A stretch of DNA of 64,000 bases from a virus (lineage: Duplodnaviria; Caudoviricetes). The translations under genes were made by a program, and so were the position numbers. Below are positions 28,036-37,144 of this stretch, one piece after another (position 1 is the stretch's first letter; each line of letters begins with the position of its first letter). The stretch is taken from the IMG/VR virus record IMGVR_UViG_3300035180_001680. One strand, 5' to 3'. The notes below the pieces were generated by a model. The model ran no database searches. It saw only the letters and a list, made by a program, of their open reading frames with translations, and was not told where the DNA came from.

Positions 28036-28154
28036 TGGTGGGCATGGTAGGAATCGAACCTACTCACCACGAGGGAACGGATTTAGTCGAGAACACTGGA
28101 AAACCAATGCTCTCTAGTCAGTCCGCCGCGACTCTCCAACTTCGCCGCATGCCC
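28036..28154 (-). tRNA. tRNA-Tyr body with 33-nt hairpin insertion in the anticodon loop
   Basis: GCGGA/TCCGT stem encloses 40 nt; GAGAGCATTGG-TTTT-CCAGTGTTCTC hairpin; removing 28086-28118 gives CT-GTA-AA. Confidence 0.7.
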
Positions 28155-28190
28155 CAAAATATTTCAAATTTTTAAATAACAGTTTACAAC

Positions 28191-28222
28191 AAAAAAGCCT
28201 GGGTCTTTCGAGCCAGGCTTTC
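28191..28222 (-). terminator. intrinsic terminator of attenuator 2
   Basis: AAAGCCTGG-CTCGAAAGAC-CCAGGCTTTTTT. Confidence 0.85.
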
Positions 28223-28240
28223 TTTTGGGATTTTTTCTCT

Positions 28241-28336
28241 TTACATCTTGGTAATTCCCCAAACGGCGACCTGGCTCTTATCCAATATGGATAAAGACCC
28301 GAGTGATAGACAATAACCTAATCCGTTTGTGTTCAT
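28241..28336 (-). CDS. putative attenuator leader peptide 2: MNTNGLGYCLSLGSLSILDKSQVAVWGITKM
   Basis: AAAGGA RBS; residues 5-18 are 13/14 G,L,Y,C,S, the isotypes of the downstream tRNAs. Confidence 0.78.
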   Translation of the reverse strand: MNTNGLGYCLSLGSLSILDKSQVAVWGITKM

Positions 28337-28372
28337 TTTGTAAATCCTTTAAGTAATTAATTCAGTGTTATA

Positions 28373-28402
28373 AGTATATATGACTTATTTATAAAAGTCA
28401 AC
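28373..28402 (-). promoter_or_regulatory. sigma70-like promoter of tRNA operon 2
   Basis: TTGACT-TTTATAAATAAGTCATA-TATACT, identical to 4623-4652. Confidence 0.8.
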
Positions 28403-28485
28403 GAATCATTCTATTCCATCAGAAATACCACCAACAAATTTCTGACATTCCGTGTTATTATCGATTAATTGTTCAATGATATCAT

Positions 28486-28567
28486 GTGAACTACCCAATT
28501 GTTTTAGCAATCGGGTAGTTCACCCCCGGTGCTGAAGCATCTGAGGGTTTTCTTAGTTGAGAGATTG
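28486..28567 (-). mobile_element. miniature non-autonomous derivative of the TnpB element (both ends, no ORF)
   Basis: TTTAT then CAATCTCTCAACTAAGAAAACCC...GAAGCATC matches the element left end, fused to GGGTAGTTCAC right end. Confidence 0.75.
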
Positions 28568-28574
28568 ATAAATG

Positions 28575-28862
28575 TCATTCGTCTTCCTCCGCGTCTGATA
28601 AACCCAAATCATACTTTTCGATATCAAAAGTTGCTCCACAGTGGGCACAATAATACCAAGTTGTTCCCAACCCATTATCCCAAAACTTCCCACGAACATG
28701 TCCAAGTTTTCCACATTCTTCTTGGAGAGATTTCATATCCTGTTGATATTGTTTATATTCAGGTGTATTGTGATATTGGTACATCCACCCTTTTCGTAAT
28801 TCTCTTTCATGTGTATCAAGGTTCGTACGACGTTTCCAAATTGTGTTTTCTTCACTCATCAT
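28575..28862 (-). CDS. hypothetical Zn-ribbon protein
   Basis: CGKLGH...YCAHCG. Confidence 0.6.
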   Translation of the reverse strand: MMSEENTIWKRRTNLDTHERELRKGWMYQYHNTPEYKQYQQDMKSLQEECGKLGHVRGKFWDNGLGTTWYYCAHCGATFDIEKYDLGLSDAEEDE

Positions 28863-29193
28863 TTACCACCTTTATTAATTTATAGTTGTACGCATCAACA
28901 TATCCAGTTTCCCAGTCATGACTTTCGTTACAAATAACTACTTCGTAAATTCCATCAGAACAACTGTTAAGGTTTGTGATATCAGAAACAACGAACTCAG
29001 GTCCAATATTACTAACATCTTCTTCTAAAATATTAAAACCAAAACTTTTTCTTCGGAGATACGTGATATCTTTTTTAATATGAATACCACGACTATCGTT
29101 CCATACAGATGTCTTTAAACGCACAACACACTTAGACGTTGGTTCAGATGATTGTGGATTCAGATTAAAATCAAACATTCTCGCCAACACCAA
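28852..29193 (-). CDS. hypothetical phage protein
   Basis: DGIYEV...SHDWETGYVD. Confidence 0.65.
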   Translation of the reverse strand: MVLARMFDFNLNPQSSEPTSKCVVRLKTSVWNDSRGIHIKKDITYLRRKSFGFNILEEDVSNIGPEFVVSDITNLNSCSDGIYEVVICNESHDWETGYVDAYNYKLIKVVNDE

Positions 29194-29352
29194 TTCGTTC
29201 CAACGTGTTTTTCATGTCTGTCATTACTGTACCCAACATATGTTTCCACATAAACAAACCTGGTTGTGGGTCTTTGGTTAAATTATAAAGTTTGAAACTA
29301 AGTTCAGACAATATTTTCATATCTTCATCAAATGGGGTCATTTGTATCTTTT

Positions 29353-29856
29353 TTATCGGTTTTTTTCATTAACAAGTTCAGTAATTATTTGTTGTTGCGT
29401 CTGAAGCAATTTGAGTATTTTATCGTGCGAAGACACTGGGTTAGACTTAACAGGCTCCACTTTAATAGGTTCAGTGGAATCTATCTTCATGGGGTGTTCA
29501 GCTTGTTTTCCGAGAACTTCAATATCTGTCAAAAAGTGATTGTCGGAATCAGAACGACACAAAGTCATAGCTTCAGTTCGGTATGTGATTTTGACTTCTT
29601 GTTGAGAATCCATAAGTTCAGCAACTTTTTTAACCAGTTCAGGATTATTTTCGACAGTAAATTCGAATGGAGCTCCCATTACACCAGAACCATTACTAAA
29701 TCCACCACGAATGAGTTGACCTTCCCATGTTTTACAGAAAACTCCTTCCTGGGCTAACTTTGTGACTGAACCAACCTTATTGCCATTACCAGTATCAACA
29801 CAACCAGACAACATAACACCAACGGTTAAACCTATCACAACAGAATGTATTTTCAT
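29353..29856 (-). CDS. putative lipoprotein
   Basis: lipobox-like LSGC; GSVTKLAQEGVFCKTWEGQL. Confidence 0.65.
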   Translation of the reverse strand: MKIHSVVIGLTVGVMLSGCVDTGNGNKVGSVTKLAQEGVFCKTWEGQLIRGGFSNGSGVMGAPFEFTVENNPELVKKVAELMDSQQEVKITYRTEAMTLCRSDSDNHFLTDIEVLGKQAEHPMKIDSTEPIKVEPVKSNPVSSHDKILKLLQTQQQIITELVNEKNR

Positions 29857-30066
29857 TGTGTGTTTCCTTTAAAATATTCAGAGTGAAATTATTATAAAAG
29901 TATTCAATGCTTTTAACAACTACTTTTTGATTATAATACCACTGTGATCCTCTACTATTTCGTATTCTTCAAGTTGAAACCATATGTGTCTGTTGACTCT
30001 ACCCATATGATCAATGGGAATATAGCAGACAAACAAAAAATCAAAATCACTGTTCCAACTAAAACA

Positions 30067-30492
30067 TCATTGCTGCTTATCACTTCTGTTGCTCCTTTTT
30101 TGTTGTGCTTCCATTTTTACCTGTTTGATTTGATTTAGAGACGCTTGAAGAGCATCAATGTAATCTTGGATAGCTTCTTCACCATTAAAAATAAAATCAT
30201 AAGACAATTTATTATATCCCTTGAATACACACTCCAATCGGAATTTAACACTTGCCCAAACGTCCTTAAACCAACCAAAAAATCCTGTTTGGTGGTTCCA
30301 ATAATTTGGAGTCCATGTTTTAAAATACAACGTCAAAGACAACAAATCAAACTCGTCATCATAATCGATAATCAATTCGTGTTGGTGTTCATCGCTATGA
30401 CATTGACACTGTGCATTCAGTGCTACCCAGTCGTGCATCCGTCCATTTCTAAAACGATGTGTGTAACTAATATTATTTGCTGGTAATGTCAT
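30067..30492 (-). CDS. hypothetical protein
   Basis: 141 aa; CQCHSDEH. Confidence 0.55.
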   Translation of the reverse strand: MTLPANNISYTHRFRNGRMHDWVALNAQCQCHSDEHQHELIIDYDDEFDLLSLTLYFKTWTPNYWNHQTGFFGWFKDVWASVKFRLECVFKGYNKLSYDFIFNGEEAIQDYIDALQASLNQIKQVKMEAQQKRSNRSDKQQ

Positions 30493-30496
30493 TGTG

Positions 30497-30805
30497 TTAT
30501 TCCTCTAATTCAAAAAAGCCTTTGGGGTAAAAATCATCATACTTCCACTTTGTAAGTTCCCATATCATTTTATCAGCCGAATAACTACGAAACTTATCCC
30601 ACCTTTTATTCATACGGAGTTCCAACTCCCGAATGTCTCTTTGTGTATAACCAACATTAGCGTAAGTATTGTCAACGTCTTCGTGGTTCATCTCACTGAC
30701 TTTATCTATCGCTTGATCTCGATAACGATAAGCAACATTCAACCGATAATTATTAAAGAAAAAGAACCCATTAATTAAAATAACAATGGGAATAATATAA
30801 CACAT
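30497..30805 (-). CDS. hypothetical membrane-anchored protein
   Basis: hydrophobic N-terminus. Confidence 0.55.
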   Translation of the reverse strand: MCYIIPIVILINGFFFFNNYRLNVAYRYRDQAIDKVSEMNHEDVDNTYANVGYTQRDIRELELRMNKRWDKFRSYSADKMIWELTKWKYDDFYPKGFFELEE

Positions 30806-30892
30806 TTGTTTCTCCAGTATGTTGTAAAGATAATTTAAGTTACGTATAGTATAATTAATAATTACATAAAAGACAACACAAAAGGGGATAAA

Positions 30893-33151
30893 ATGAGAAT
30901 AGTAGAGGATGTTAAATTGGATTTTGGTGATGTGCTACTTATTCCAAAAAGGTCATCACTAACTTCACGCAAAGACGTGTCTCTTGAAAGGTCGTTCACA
31001 TTCAAATACTCTCACCAACAATGGACTGGTATTCCAATTATAGCGTCAAATATGGATGGAGTTGGAACTTTTGAAATGGCGGAACGATTTGCTGAATTTA
31101 AAATGATGGTAGCATTACATAAACATTATCCAGTAGTTCAACTTGTAGATTTTTATAAAAACAATCCCTCAATTGAACAATATATTTTTTATTCAGTTGG
31201 AACGTCTCAAAGTGACCTCGATAAGCTTGAACACTTCATCAAAATGTTTGGCAGACCTCCTTTAAATGTGTGTGTTGACGTTGCTAATGGGTATACAGAA
31301 ACTTTTGTGTCTACTGTAACTAAATTACGAGACAAATATCCAAACACAACTCTTCTTGTTGGTAACGTTGTTACACCTGAAATGGCAGAACAATTAGTAT
31401 TATCTGGTGCAGATATCATCAAGGTTGGAGTAGGCAGTGGGTGTTTAACGGGTGATGCTCGAATTTTAATGTCCAGTGGTGTTTATAAAAATATCAAAGA
31501 TGTTCGACCTGGGGATCGTATAATTACGAGTACTGGAGAACCAGCAACTGTGTTATCCGCTTATACCACAGGATATAAGAAAACAACACAGATAAAACAC
31601 GATCACTTCAACCTTCCGTTGAGACTAACTCCTGACCATCATTGTTACGTAGGTGATCTAAATTCTATTAGTATTACAACACTACAAAGCAAAGGGTATA
31701 AAAAGGCGCTGGAGGTTCCTACTCGTTTGGGAGAGGAAAAAATAAAATGGAAACCGGTGAGTGAAATACGACAAGATGTAGCTTTACTTCCCATCAATAT
31801 TAATTGGGAAACACCAGATAGTTTTCATATCGATATTTCAAGTTATTTTATACGAGAAGAGCATTTGGATAATTATAACACTATTGTTAAATCTGATTAC
31901 AACACTGGTTATGTGTTTGGTTTTTTTCTTGGAGATGGTACTTCAAGAAAAACAAAAGGAACCAACAGCAGAGGATTTTCAAGTTTTTCTGGAGGTGTTG
32001 AGTGGTATATAAACTCAAGAGATCAACATCATGTAGTTAAATTAATGTCTGCTATTGAGATGGTTACGGGTAAAATCCCAGTATGTTCTAATAAACGGAA
32101 AACGTTGACCACGATCACCTTGTATAGTAAACAGTGGGGAGAATTTTTCCAACAGTTTGGAAAGTTCCATGAAAAACATCTTCCAGACCAATTCATGTGC
32201 ACCAACACAGAATATTTGCAGGGATTGTATGATGGATTAGTTGATAGTGACGGCCACATTACAAAAGAAGGCCAGGTTAATTTTAACAACACGTCACAAC
32301 AACTCATGGAACTATTCAGCTGGATTACGTTTAACATATATGGGAGTTTCCCAAATATGTCAAACAACGGGAAACGGTCTTCATATCCTGTGCAACACCC
32401 CCGAAAAGATGGATATCGAAGTTTTCTGGCGACCTCTCACAAAAAAAGACATCTTTCACATTATCAGGTTATAAAAATACTTGAAATTGAAAACCCAACA
32501 GAGTGTGAGGTTCCCGTCTACGATTTAGAAATTGATCACCCAACCCATAGTTTCATTGCAAACAACATGATTGTTCACAATTCAGTTTGTACCACAAGGT
32601 TAGTGTCTGGAATTGGTTTTCCCCAGTTAAGTGCAATTATAGAATGTGCTGATGCTGTTCATGGATTAGGCGGAAGGTTGTGTTCCGATGGGGGATGTAA
32701 TACTCCTGGAGACTTTGCAAAAGCATTTGCAGGTGGCGCTGATTTTGTAATGAGTGGTGGAATGTTCGCTGGACACGACGAAGGTGGAGGTGAAGTAAGT
32801 TCGAAGTGGTATAAAACTAACGAAGTTGTAAAAGATATTGATGGTTCTTCTCTTGAGTGTTTAGAAGTAGAGCGTAAGTTTGTCCAATTCTATGGGATGA
32901 GTTCATCTACAGCAATGGAAGCTCACAGTGGAGGTTTGGCTGAATATCGCTCAAGTGAAGGACGAACAATCGAACTTCCATATCGAGGACCAGTTAAAGA
33001 TACAATTAACCATATTCTTGGTGGGGTTCGGAGTACGTGTACATATACAGGAAGTAAAACACTAAAGGAACTTTCAAAACGTGCAACGTTTATTAGAGTG
33101 AATAGCACTCACAATCGGGTGTATGAAGACATAACAACAAAGGTGAGATAA
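30893..33151 (+). CDS. guaC: GMP reductase containing an intein
   Basis: LDFGDVLLIPKRS, PIIASNMDGVG, CVDVANGY, KVGVGSG|SVCTTR, FYGMSS, LGGVRSTCTYTG. Confidence 0.9.
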   Translation: MRIVEDVKLDFGDVLLIPKRSSLTSRKDVSLERSFTFKYSHQQWTGIPIIASNMDGVGTFEMAERFAEFKMMVALHKHYPVVQLVDFYKNNPSIEQYIFYSVGTSQSDLDKLEHFIKMFGRPPLNVCVDVANGYTETFVSTVTKLRDKYPNTTLLVGNVVTPEMAEQLVLSGADIIKVGVGSGCLTGDARILMSSGVYKNIKDVRPGDRIITSTGEPATVLSAYTTGYKKTTQIKHDHFNLPLRLTPDHHCYVGDLNSISITTLQSKGYKKALEVPTRLGEEKIKWKPVSEIRQDVALLPININWETPDSFHIDISSYFIREEHLDNYNTIVKSDYNTGYVFGFFLGDGTSRKTKGTNSRGFSSFSGGVEWYINSRDQHHVVKLMSAIEMVTGKIPVCSNKRKTLTTITLYSKQWGEFFQQFGKFHEKHLPDQFMCTNTEYLQGLYDGLVDSDGHITKEGQVNFNNTSQQLMELFSWITFNIYGSFPNMSNNGKRSSYPVQHPRKDGYRSFLATSHKKRHLSHYQVIKILEIENPTECEVPVYDLEIDHPTHSFIANNMIVHNSVCTTRLVSGIGFPQLSAIIECADAVHGLGGRLCSDGGCNTPGDFAKAFAGGADFVMSGGMFAGHDEGGGEVSSKWYKTNEVVKDIDGSSLECLEVERKFVQFYGMSSSTAMEAHSGGLAEYRSSEGRTIELPYRGPVKDTINHILGGVRSTCTYTGSKTLKELSKRATFIRVNSTHNRVYEDITTKVR
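31442..32581 (+). mobile_element. intein with LAGLIDADG homing endonuclease (380 aa)
   Basis: starts CLTGDARILM, ends IVHN before Ser; LAGLIDADG-like FGFFLGDG and YDGLVDSDG. Confidence 0.92.
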
Positions 33152-33174
33152 CGGAAAACAATTTTGGACCATCA

Positions 33175-33363
33175 ATGACAATTACATATCACTGTAAAGG
33201 ATGTACTTAATTAATAACTGAGTACTACTGTAATACGCCAGAAGAATATGACCGAGGAATACAAGTAGTCTGTGGAGTTAACAATAAAATAATTTCAAAT
33301 TGTTGGTATGAAAGAGATAGAGCACCTGAGTGGTGCCCTGCTCTTCTAGCAGTTTCAAATTAA
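33175..33363 (+). pseudogene. small Cys-rich ORF with internal TAA (33208-33210)
   Basis: MTITYHCKGCT*LITEYYC...RAPEWCPAL. Confidence 0.45.
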
Positions 33364-33368
33364 ATATT

Positions 33369-33866
33369 TTAAACTTTAATAATTTCCGCAAAACCTTCAC
33401 TTTTTGTTGGCTCTTGGTATGCTTCTCTCATACTCTTGATTACGGAAGAAGGAATACGTTTTCCAGTTTCTTTTTCTCTATTATCCAATCGACGCTGAAG
33501 TTCTGCTGAATCCACACTAAACACCACAGCAATCTTCGTATAACTGTTCGGAACAAGTCCTAACTTCCGACTACGAGACCCAACTGTCATGTTCGTTTGG
33601 TCAATAATAATATTCTGTTTTTTGTTGATAGCTTGTCTCAAATGTATAAACATTTTCTTTTCTGATTCTTTGTAATAACTGTTGAAAGCATCCGAATAAC
33701 TAATACCAGAGTCTTTCGCAATTTGTTCCAAAATATCATCTGTTGAGATAACAACATAATTCTTATGTTTTTTTAACTGAGCGATATATGTGGATTTGCC
33801 TGAACCAGGAAGTCCTACCAACATAACCATCTCAGGTTGAGTTTCTGTGATTTCATTCAATTTCAT
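33369..33866 (-). CDS. P-loop kinase (AAA_33 / polynucleotide-kinase-like)
   Basis: LVGLPGSGKST, IIIDQTN. Confidence 0.8.
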   Translation of the reverse strand: MKLNEITETQPEMVMLVGLPGSGKSTYIAQLKKHKNYVVISTDDILEQIAKDSGISYSDAFNSYYKESEKKMFIHLRQAINKKQNIIIDQTNMTVGSRSRKLGLVPNSYTKIAVVFSVDSAELQRRLDNREKETGKRIPSSVIKSMREAYQEPTKSEGFAEIIKV

Positions 33867-34070
33867 TTTATTTTCCTTGTTTTAAACGGTGTCTTATTTT
33901 ATCTGGCAATCCACCATATGAAAAATAATCTTCCCCTGTGAATCCATCCAATATCCACGCTTCATCACTCCAACAAAAGATTAACTCGTGAGGGTTAAGC
34001 AACAATTTTAACCTCCACTAGAACGTAGGACGAACTATAACGGTTGTCCATTTGTTAGTTGTTTGGATAT

Positions 34071-34541
34071 TCATTCGGTGACATTTACTAATTCCTCAAT
34101 CTTTTCAACAGCATCCCGAACTACAACAGAATGTAATTGTCTACCGTCACTTAAATATTGTTCCAGTGTCATCCAAACAGTTGCTTTTGTTTCTGTTGAA
34201 TCAAAATCATCAAAGTCAGTTGGATCTTTAATTTGCCCAATATAAAACATAATTGTAGAATACTGACCAATCGGTTCAATGCGTGATAAATTAGAACGTT
34301 TAAGTCCTAATTCTTCAGATGCTTCACGAATTGCTGAAAGTAAGACCATTTCACCTGGCTCAATCCGACCCTTACTAATTTGAGGGATACTTTCTACCCA
34401 CTCATTTTCAATTGGAATCATGAACATCATTTGTATATTGTTTTTGTCATCCACATAAAACGGAATGAGACCCGCTCTATTGAGAATACTTGGGTTGTCT
34501 GTGCGTTGCATTATTGTGTTCCTTAGAAATATTATAGGCAT
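34071..34541 (-). CDS. NUDIX hydrolase
   Basis: KGRIEPGEMVLLSAIREASEELGL. Confidence 0.85.
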   Translation of the reverse strand: MPIIFLRNTIMQRTDNPSILNRAGLIPFYVDDKNNIQMMFMIPIENEWVESIPQISKGRIEPGEMVLLSAIREASEELGLKRSNLSRIEPIGQYSTIMFYIGQIKDPTDFDDFDSTETKATVWMTLEQYLSDGRQLHSVVVRDAVEKIEELVNVTE

Positions 34542-34587
34542 TTAACCTTTGTGGATAATTATCCTACATTCTAAAGTTTATGTCAAC

Positions 34588-35082
34588 TCAAGCGGTTTTA
34601 TTATATGTGTTGTAATTATTAACAAACTCTTGAATTGTTCCAGCACCTTTTGGTGTGTTATACCATTGTTTCCAATATGCCGCCAAACCATTAACATCGT
34701 TGTTCGGTAATGCTGCTGGAACACGCATATATCGTACTCTACACATTGCTGTGGCATAGTATAAGTTTCCAATCATTTCATTTGCTGAAATAGAGTTGAT
34801 TGTGTTTGGATGAACAGAACTAATAGACATTGTTAACCCATGAAGAAGTCGAGCTAAATCAGGGTGGTAATTGATATAATTGGACCATGTATCGTCGTGT
34901 GTAAATGGTTCCATTTGAAATATTCCAACTGCTGGACCACCACCAACTTGTTTTAAGTATGTGGCGTGGGACTCTTGAATGGCTGTCCCAATCACCAAAT
35001 TTTCAGCCACATCACTCCACATATTAAGATATGTAAGGACTGGACGGACTACATAAACACGAAGTTGTCCTATATCAATCAT
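34588..35082 (-). CDS. lysozyme-like/transglycosylase-fold protein
   Basis: GTAIQES, GPAVGIFQMEP, YWKQWYNT. Confidence 0.6.
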   Translation of the reverse strand: MIDIGQLRVYVVRPVLTYLNMWSDVAENLVIGTAIQESHATYLKQVGGGPAVGIFQMEPFTHDDTWSNYINYHPDLARLLHGLTMSISSVHPNTINSISANEMIGNLYYATAMCRVRYMRVPAALPNNDVNGLAAYWKQWYNTPKGAGTIQEFVNNYNTYNKTA

Positions 35083-35453
35083 TTGGAATCTTTTTTATAT
35101 AATTTAATTTCGCCAACAAATTCTTGTTCATATTCGGAATATTTTCCACCTGAAGGTTTCTTCGCTAAATGAATTTCGGTACGAAATTTGTTTTTAAATT
35201 CTGTGTTAATAGAATTTAAAACATTGTTGGCTTGTGTAATACTGGATGCAAAATGAGTCCACGCTTGAGATGGTGTCATTCTACGATATGTTAAATCGAA
35301 CCCTACACCAATGAAATCATTAGTTCCAAACACTTGCCAAACAACTGGTCCAACTTCTTTATCCTGATATTTGCTTTTTAATTTATATCTTACGGAGTCA
35401 AAAGAATCGTCCAATGACTCCGTAATTTGAGAGAGTAAACTAAATTTTGACAT
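35079..35453 (-). CDS. hypothetical protein
   Basis: 124 aa. Confidence 0.6.
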   Translation of the reverse strand: MSKFSLLSQITESLDDSFDSVRYKLKSKYQDKEVGPVVWQVFGTNDFIGVGFDLTYRRMTPSQAWTHFASSITQANNVLNSINTEFKNKFRTEIHLAKKPSGGKYSEYEQEFVGEIKLYKKDSK

Positions 35454-36088
35454 TATTTTGATTTGTATCCACGTGAAACTGCTTTTTTGTATTTTTTCAT
35501 AATCTGTTTTGCGTCTTCTGCTTTATGAAAAACACCAATGACAGTTGGAGACTTTTTGGATTCAAAAACGATGAAAGTATCAGACTCTTCTTCCATAGAT
35601 TCAATGATTGGGTCGATTTCAATTCCAGCAGCTCGACGGATGTCAGACATAAAACTTTCTTCTACGTCATCTTTATCATCTTTATCTTCATCTTCATCTT
35701 CATCTTCATCTTCATCTTCTTTTTTGTCTTTCTTTTCTTCGTCCTTATTTTCTTCTTTTTTGTCTTTTTTATCATCCTTGTCTGTATCTTCAGCATCTGC
35801 TTCTTCAGCGGCTTCTAAAATTCGAACAATGTCTTCATCGGAGTAATCAATACCCTCTTTAGCCATTTTCTTCCACATAACGGCTGCAGCAACTTTCTTA
35901 CCCGCTTCTTCAGAGCCATAACGAGCAGCAGCTTTCTTTTCGATTTTCTTAAAGTTTTTTCCTTTAGAACCAAGGTCTTCACCTTTCTTTGCTTTGCTTA
36001 CAACTTCTGACTTTTCTCCCTTAGACATACCAGAAGAAGGTGCTGATTCCATTATACCTGCAAGATTTTTTAAACGTCCGATGTCCAT
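35453..36088 (-). CDS. acidic low-complexity probable head/internal virion protein
   Basis: RLKNLAGIMES; D/E/K tract encoded by a (TCA/TCT)n run at ~35670-35790. Confidence 0.6.
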   Translation of the reverse strand: MDIGRLKNLAGIMESAPSSGMSKGEKSEVVSKAKKGEDLGSKGKNFKKIEKKAAARYGSEEAGKKVAAAVMWKKMAKEGIDYSDEDIVRILEAAEEADAEDTDKDDKKDKKEENKDEEKKDKKEDEDEDEDEDEDKDDKDDVEESFMSDIRRAAGIEIDPIIESMEEESDTFIVFESKKSPTVIGVFHKAEDAKQIMKKYKKAVSRGYKSK

Positions 36089-36187
36089 AATAAACTCCTA
36101 TAAAATGTATATTATGAATCTATTTATGTAAAATAAGACAAACGTTGGTTTTCCAGGATAAATATTATCAACTTTCACATTTTAATT

Positions 36188-37144
36188 ATGTCAGAAAACA
36201 AAGAACCATTTGATTTTATGAAAGTAAGAAACAATAATGGACAACCCAAAAAAGATTTTATACCATATCAAGACGCAAAAGTGTGGGTAAATCGTTTGGG
36301 ATTTGAGAACTATCGTCAGTGGTTAAAATTTGCAAAACTACGATATAAGAAGGGTCCACTTAAAGGACGTTTGATTCGTCCAAAGTTTATTCCAGCCAAT
36401 CCCCAGTGTTCATATGCAATACGCGGAGAGTGGAAATCTGATACTGACTTTTTGGGAACAAGACCCATTCCATACCTATCTTATGAAGACGCGAAACAGT
36501 TTGCTTTGAAATTAGAACTTGGTTCTAGTCATCAATGGAGGGCTTGGCACAAAGAGACAAATACCTGTTTTATTCCACGATATCCAGAATTCGTTTATCC
36601 GGAATGGACGATATGGAAAGATTTTTTAGGTTCAAAGTATATCCACTATTCTAAACAAACAAAACCAAGACTTTCATTAGAAGAAACAATGAAGTTTGTT
36701 CATTCTTTAAACTTGTCTTCGCCAGAGGAATATAAGTTATGGGTCCGAGAACATCCACAGTTGAATATTCCTCTTTCTCCAGAAGGTGTGTTTGAGAATT
36801 GGCCTGGGTGGAGAATGTTCCTTGGAAAATCTATCTCCGATAAAATAGAAGTGGTTCAGAATATAGACGTGTCTGTTTTGTATATCGCTCACTATAATCA
36901 CGACCCATCTAATGTTTTTGAAATTAGACTAGAACAAGGAGGAAAGTTGGCTGTAAACGAAAAACGTCAACGAACCAACTTTAAAATTGTTAAAATGTTT
37001 TTTGTTAATTCATCGGAAATATCCGCAGCGAATCAAATAGTTACATCGAATTGTTCACCGTGGTGGGAAGATTCAAGTAAACAACTTGTGACTAATATTC
37101 ACGAACTGACGTTTCAATTAAGCGTGTTACTATTAATTGCTTAA
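36188..37144 (+). CDS. protein with three tandem integrase-repeat-like units (possible DNA-binding/nuclease)
   Basis: repeated YEDAK.F..L...W...IP..PE.VY.EW..W.DFLG. Confidence 0.55.
   Translation: MSENKEPFDFMKVRNNNGQPKKDFIPYQDAKVWVNRLGFENYRQWLKFAKLRYKKGPLKGRLIRPKFIPANPQCSYAIRGEWKSDTDFLGTRPIPYLSYEDAKQFALKLELGSSHQWRAWHKETNTCFIPRYPEFVYPEWTIWKDFLGSKYIHYSKQTKPRLSLEETMKFVHSLNLSSPEEYKLWVREHPQLNIPLSPEGVFENWPGWRMFLGKSISDKIEVVQNIDVSVLYIAHYNHDPSNVFEIRLEQGGKLAVNEKRQRTNFKIVKMFFVNSSEISAANQIVTSNCSPWWEDSSKQLVTNIHELTFQLSVLLLIA

Noticed and set aside
25709-28175. ORFs called across the tRNA clusters (e.g. 4002-4351, 14360-14677, 26699-27190, 27544-27804)
   Set aside because: They are antisense translations of tRNA genes (VGFEP-type motifs).
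35525-35846. Poly-S and poly-IF plus-strand ORFs
   Set aside because: Shadow frames of the D/E/K-rich gene 35453-36088.
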